Positions 59,768 through 64,000 of a stretch of 64,000 nucleotides of DNA are shown piece after piece; the stretch's first letter is position 1; every line of letters begins with the position of its first letter. A program made the translations under genes and the position numbers. The notes beneath the pieces are model-generated. The model made no database searches. It was not told where the DNA came from and was given only the letters and a program-made list of their open reading frames with translations. Origin of the DNA: Candidatus Levyibacteriota bacterium (GTDB taxonomy: Bacteria; Patescibacteriota; Microgenomatia; Levybacterales; UBA12049); NCBI GenBank assembly GCA_027459725.1, contig DAIDHK010000004.1, positions 7,050 to 71,049 on the forward strand. Direction: 5' to 3'.

Positions 59768-60823
59768 TTAGTGCGGGTTACTGATCTGACTGATCATTCC
59801 GTACATAGGCGCTATGATAGCCAACATCATCCCGCCAATCAAAATACCCACTACTACCAGCATAACAGGCTCAATCAGAGCAGTTACGGTTTTCAATGTT
59901 TGTGCTACTTGATAATCCAGATATACTGACGCATCTTGCATGGATGTATCCAGCGAACCACTCTTTTCTCCTGCTTCTGTAATTTTAATAATCATACTGG
60001 GAAAAATATTTTTATAAGCTTTAAATCCTTCAGACAGACTTTTTCCGGCCAGAACCACCTGCCTTGAATGTTCAATCGCCTCAGCTACTTCCTTCTTATT
60101 AACAACAGAACCAGCTAGTGCCAAAGCGCTTCCAATCGGCAATCCAGAATTAAGCAGCAAATATAGACTACGCGTAAATCTTGCTATATCAATATCCTTA
60201 CCTAATTTGGAAATATAAGGTAAGCTTAAAAGCATTCTTATAAGAAATTTCTTGTGCTTTCTAATCATATATAGTATAAAAGCTGATATTAAAATAGCAA
60301 AAGAAATAGCCTCAATTGTATTTTTAATTAAAAAATTGGAAGCAACAATCATCATCTGAGTTGGCAAAGGAAGGGTAGTACCTAAACTGGAAAAAACTGT
60401 GGATATTTTAGGAATAACTACAATTAATATTACTATCATTACACTGAAAAAGACAAAAAGAATAAACACTGGATAAATCATGGCACCTCTTATCTGATCG
60501 TTAAACTCCATCTGTTTTTGAATGTTTATTTTTAAATCTTCTAAAGACACATCTAATGTTCCAGCCTCTTCACTAGCTCTAATCAAGTTAATGGTCACAT
60601 TATCAAATATTTTGGGGAATCTTGAGAATGAAGTATAAATTCTTTTACCTTGCATCAAGTCCGCCCTCAGAGTTTCAAGAACTATTTTTAATTGTCCTTT
60701 TGAATCTTCCAATAATGAATCAATAACTTCGATAATCGGTATACCAGCCCGCAACATAGTAGCCATGTTGCTAATCAAATTTATTTCTTCATTTGTTGAT
60801 ATTGATAAGTTTGCTAGTTTCAT
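59768..60823 (-). CDS. pilC: Type IV pilus/T2SS platform protein PilC/GspF
   Basis: AGIPI, EEAGTLD, AMIYP, GEKSGSLD and LIEP motifs. Confidence 0.92.
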   Translation of the reverse strand: MKLANLSISTNEEINLISNMATMLRAGIPIIEVIDSLLEDSKGQLKIVLETLRADLMQGKRIYTSFSRFPKIFDNVTINLIRASEEAGTLDVSLEDLKINIQKQMEFNDQIRGAMIYPVFILFVFFSVMIVILIVVIPKISTVFSSLGTTLPLPTQMMIVASNFLIKNTIEAISFAILISAFILYMIRKHKKFLIRMLLSLPYISKLGKDIDIARFTRSLYLLLNSGLPIGSALALAGSVVNKKEVAEAIEHSRQVVLAGKSLSEGFKAYKNIFPSMIIKITEAGEKSGSLDTSMQDASVYLDYQVAQTLKTVTALIEPVMLVVVGILIGGMMLAIIAPMYGMISQISNPH

Positions 60824-62502
60824 TCTGATTCGACTTTAGTTACACGCAAAACTTCTTCAATCGTTGTCAAGCCTCTTGCAACTTTAGATAAACCATCTTC
60901 TGTCATTGTACGCATACCTTCTTCCACGGCTATATTCTGAATAAAATCGGCATCCTTTTTTTGAGAAATATAATCACGAATTTTTTTTGTAACTTTTAAC
61001 ACTTCAAACACTCCAATTCTCCCTTCATATCCTGTGTTATGGCAAACCTTACACCCCGCTCCTTGATAAAGCAGAATTTGTTTGTTAGCTGGAAAGTATT
61101 TAACAATTTCTTTTTCAGGTATATGCTCGACCAACTTAGCTCTATCAATCGTAACAGATGTTTTACACATTTCACAAATTTTACGCACCAATCTTTGTGC
61201 AAAAATCACATTTACCGTTGAAGCAACTAGAAATGGCTCTACTCCCATATCAGTTAAACGAGGCAAAGTTGTAGCAGCGTCATTGGTATGCAGGGTGGAG
61301 AGTACCAAGTGTCCAGTTAGAGCAGCGTTAACAGCAATTTCTGCAGTTTCGTTATCACGTATTTCTCCTACGAAAACTATGTTAGGATCCTGGCGCAAAA
61401 TTGAACGCAATCCATCGGCAAATGTAAGTCCCGCCTTAGGATTTACATGTATTTGATTAACACCCTTGATACGATATTCCACAGGATCTTCAATAGTCGT
61501 TATATTTTTCTCACGAATATTTAATATTTTTAAAATCGAATAGATTGAAGTTGTTTTTCCAGAGCCAGTAGGTCCGGTAGATAAAACCATACCAAAGGAT
61601 TTGTTAAATCCATCAGTCACAAGTTTCAAATCCTCCTCAGTCATACCTAAATCAAGTAAAGAAAAGTTACGGAATCTTGAAGCTAACAAACGTAATACTG
61701 CTTTTTCACCATCAACAACAGGCAAGATAGAGACACGAATATCTAAATCTTCTTCTTCCAATTTAGCACGCATCTTGCCGTCCTGAGGTCCTAAGTGTTC
61801 GTCAGTTCTCAAGCGTGAAAGGACTTTTATTCTACTAATAACCTGATCGTGTAATGATTTTGGCAAGAATAAAACATCATGTAGAATTCCATCAACACGA
61901 AACCGCACTAATGAATTAAGCTCTTCAGGCTCAATATGAATATCGGAGGCTCTATCCTGATAGGCATAACGAATAATAATATCGACAATTTTAGCTATAG
62001 GTGCATCATTTTTAACATGTCCGCTTCGCCTGACTTCATCTTCAATCAGTTCATCAAAAGATTTTTGTAGGTTTTTCTGGTAAATGCGTAACGATGCATA
62101 AATATCTCTTTCTGTTGCTAAATAAGGCATTACCTGCATGTTGGTCTTTCGGGCAATGATATCCTGAATACTTTTATCAGAAGGATCAGTCATTGCTATT
62201 TTGACCGTCTGATTTTCTATCGCAAAAGGAATTGTGTGATGCTTAAGTGCGATACGTTCTGGAATAATACGTGCAATTTGTGGATCCAGTACAATTTTTG
62301 ATAAAACAATAAAGGGAATTTTTAGTGCGTCTGATAATAATATTCCCAGATTTTCATCAGAAATTAAATCTTTTTCAACCAGAGCATCAGACAGGCTAAT
62401 ATGTGTATTTTTGGCAAATTCCAGAACCTCGTCAATTTTCTTCTCATCTAAGAGTTTGGTCTGCAGAATAATTTCTTTGAGGGTTGCATCATTTATGATC
62501 AT
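60820..62502 (-). CDS. pilB: Type IV pilus assembly ATPase PilB/GspE
   Basis: ASDIHIEP, GPTGSGKTT, EDPVEY, LRQDP, GEIRD, TGHLVLSTLH and zinc Cys pairs. Confidence 0.95.
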   Translation of the reverse strand: MIINDATLKEIILQTKLLDEKKIDEVLEFAKNTHISLSDALVEKDLISDENLGILLSDALKIPFIVLSKIVLDPQIARIIPERIALKHHTIPFAIENQTVKIAMTDPSDKSIQDIIARKTNMQVMPYLATERDIYASLRIYQKNLQKSFDELIEDEVRRSGHVKNDAPIAKIVDIIIRYAYQDRASDIHIEPEELNSLVRFRVDGILHDVLFLPKSLHDQVISRIKVLSRLRTDEHLGPQDGKMRAKLEEEDLDIRVSILPVVDGEKAVLRLLASRFRNFSLLDLGMTEEDLKLVTDGFNKSFGMVLSTGPTGSGKTTSIYSILKILNIREKNITTIEDPVEYRIKGVNQIHVNPKAGLTFADGLRSILRQDPNIVFVGEIRDNETAEIAVNAALTGHLVLSTLHTNDAATTLPRLTDMGVEPFLVASTVNVIFAQRLVRKICEMCKTSVTIDRAKLVEHIPEKEIVKYFPANKQILLYQGAGCKVCHNTGYEGRIGVFEVLKVTKKIRDYISQKKDADFIQNIAVEEGMRTMTEDGLSKVARGLTTIEEVLRVTKVESE

Positions 62503-62561
62503 AGGCAGCAGAAATATAGCTATATTTATAATAACAAATTGCTGAATTTGTCACCAGGGGT

Positions 62562-63317
62562 TTAAGAGGTTAGATAAGCATTTACTTTTTCAATCAATTT
62601 AGAATAGTCAAAGAAGCTCTTATTTATATAGTCGACGGCTCCCAACTCTCTGGCTCTTTGGATATCTTTTTCCTGACCTAAGGTTGAAAAAACAATTACT
62701 GGAATTCGTACAAGATCCTTTAAAGAAGATTGTCTTTTCTCGGCTAAAAATTCAAATCCATCTTTTACAGGCATTATTAAATCAAGCAATACAACATTAG
62801 GCATAAAATCTTGCAATTTTTTGATTCCTTCATCGCCATTACTTGCAATTTGGGTCGTAAAGCCACTTTCGTGCAATTTGTATGCATAGAAATTTTGAAA
62901 AAAATGATCATCCTCTATTAATAAAACTTTTTTATTTGGTAAAGAAGTATAATTAACTGTGTGACTATCTACTGGTAAATCATCTTTAAGTTCATTTGCT
63001 ATGGAGTTCAATAATAAGGTAATATTCTTCCCCTGTTCTTGCAAAAAAGCCAATTGCTCATTAGTAAGAGGAGTCAAAGAATCCTTAATCGGTCTTAACA
63101 TACTCTCTACTTCTCCACAGTCATTTGCCAACTCAGTATAACCCATAACATTACATTGACTTCGAATAGAATGCACAGAAATAAACATTTGTTCTATAGC
63201 TGCCTGTTCTGTTTTACTACGCAAGTAACTTTGTAAATTTGCGTTAAAATTTAATAGATATTGTTGAGCAGACTGAAGAAATAACTGCTGGTATTTTTGT
63301 TTTGTCTTCTCGTCCAT
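62562..63317 (-). CDS. Hpt-receiver fusion response regulator
   Basis: N-terminal helical HSIRSQ..MG (Hpt-like); C-terminal LLIEDD, LLDLIMP and GAVDYINK. Confidence 0.8.
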   Translation of the reverse strand: MDEKTKQKYQQLFLQSAQQYLLNFNANLQSYLRSKTEQAAIEQMFISVHSIRSQCNVMGYTELANDCGEVESMLRPIKDSLTPLTNEQLAFLQEQGKNITLLLNSIANELKDDLPVDSHTVNYTSLPNKKVLLIEDDHFFQNFYAYKLHESGFTTQIASNGDEGIKKLQDFMPNVVLLDLIMPVKDGFEFLAEKRQSSLKDLVRIPVIVFSTLGQEKDIQRARELGAVDYINKSFFDYSKLIEKVNAYLTS

Positions 63318-63441
63318 AAAACAACTAATACTATAATCTCGATTGATATAGTTGTCAATAAAACCAAAATAAAATGTATATATCCAAAATTATTCATAGT
63401 TCCACTTGCATCTATATATTATAAGGATCAATAATAGATTT

Positions 63442-64000
63442 ATGTTTGCTCATTCGACAAGTTTTGTTTTGTCGTTTTCTGATGTTGATAAGGAAGATGT
63501 ACATTTAGTGGGAGAAAAAGGTGCAAATTTAGGTGAAATTATCAAAGCGGGTTTTCCCGTTCCTGATGGCTTTATTATTTCATCTCATGCATACTTTAAT
63601 TTTTTAAGAGAAAATCGCCTTTCTGAAAAAATAAATCATTTACTCTCCACCGTGAATTATGAAAGGCCAGAATCTATAGAGCAAGTCTCAAGTCATATTA
63701 AGAGAATGATTCTTGAAGCAGAACTATCTGAAGATTTAATCAAAGATGTTACTCAAGAATATACAACCTTTAGTGGATTATTCAAACAAAAATTAGTTGC
63801 CGTTCGCCCTTCTGTTACAATCCAGGATCTACCTGTTGCTTCTCTAGCTGGTAAACAACAAACTTACCTCAATATAAAAGGATACAGCAACTTGCTTTTA
63901 AAAATTAAAGAATGTTGGACCTCTTTATTTGACACTAGTGCTATATTTTATCGTCATGAGAATAATTTTGATCAATTCCGCATTGGAATTGCGGTTATCG
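63442..64000 (+). CDS. PEP synthase/PPDK N-terminal domain protein (partial, runs off window)
   Basis: Own translation: VGEKGANLGE...GFPVPDGF...VAVRPSV..QDLP.ASLAG...TYLN...CWTSLF. Confidence 0.85.
   Translation, partial: MFAHSTSFVLSFSDVDKEDVHLVGEKGANLGEIIKAGFPVPDGFIISSHAYFNFLRENRLSEKINHLLSTVNYERPESIEQVSSHIKRMILEAELSEDLIKDVTQEYTTFSGLFKQKLVAVRPSVTIQDLPVASLAGKQQTYLNIKGYSNLLLKIKECWTSLFDTSAIFYRHENNFDQFRIGIAVI

Noticed and set aside
894-61786. Many short ORFs antisense to or nested in long genes (e.g. 894-1124, 3409-3687, 5852-6130, 19835-20212, 40965-41315, 61082-61456)
   Set aside because: They are shadow frames of well-supported genes and show no recognisable motifs.

Overview
AT-rich bacterial chromosome segment in standard code 11. 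Gene content (holin-like/yvcK/secG/SBP block, short UvrC, IPK and type 1 IDI, large pilin cluster) suggests a Patescibacteria (CPR) genome, probably Microgenomates; this is inference. Core-like genes occupy about 1-12.6 kb and 44.4-64 kb. Between them lies a ~31 kb accessory region centred on two outward-facing tRNA genes, tRNA-Lys(TTT) on minus and tRNA-Glu(TTC) on plus. A large serine recombinase gene reads into each tRNA on the antisense strand. The Lys-side element (~18.2-33.9 kb) looks intact and satellite- or plasmid-like. It has a promoter and structured leader, a putative Rep, three iterons, a TerS-like HTH protein, an XRE/C-protein with C-box-like sites, a type III R-M system, a DUF5655 nuclease, HEPN-like proteins, a resolvase, a wHTH protein and the recombinase. 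Its distal side (12.8-18.3 kb) is a series of T-loop-like (GAACCA) att or recombinase-tail scars interleaved with small cargo (TA pairs, NTase-like gene, IS481). The Glu-side island is decayed (IS701 and IS5 remnants, frameshifted NTP transferase, P-type ATPase, Nramp-like transporter). No CRISPR array or rRNA was seen. All protein calls come from motif recognition by eye, not from database searches.
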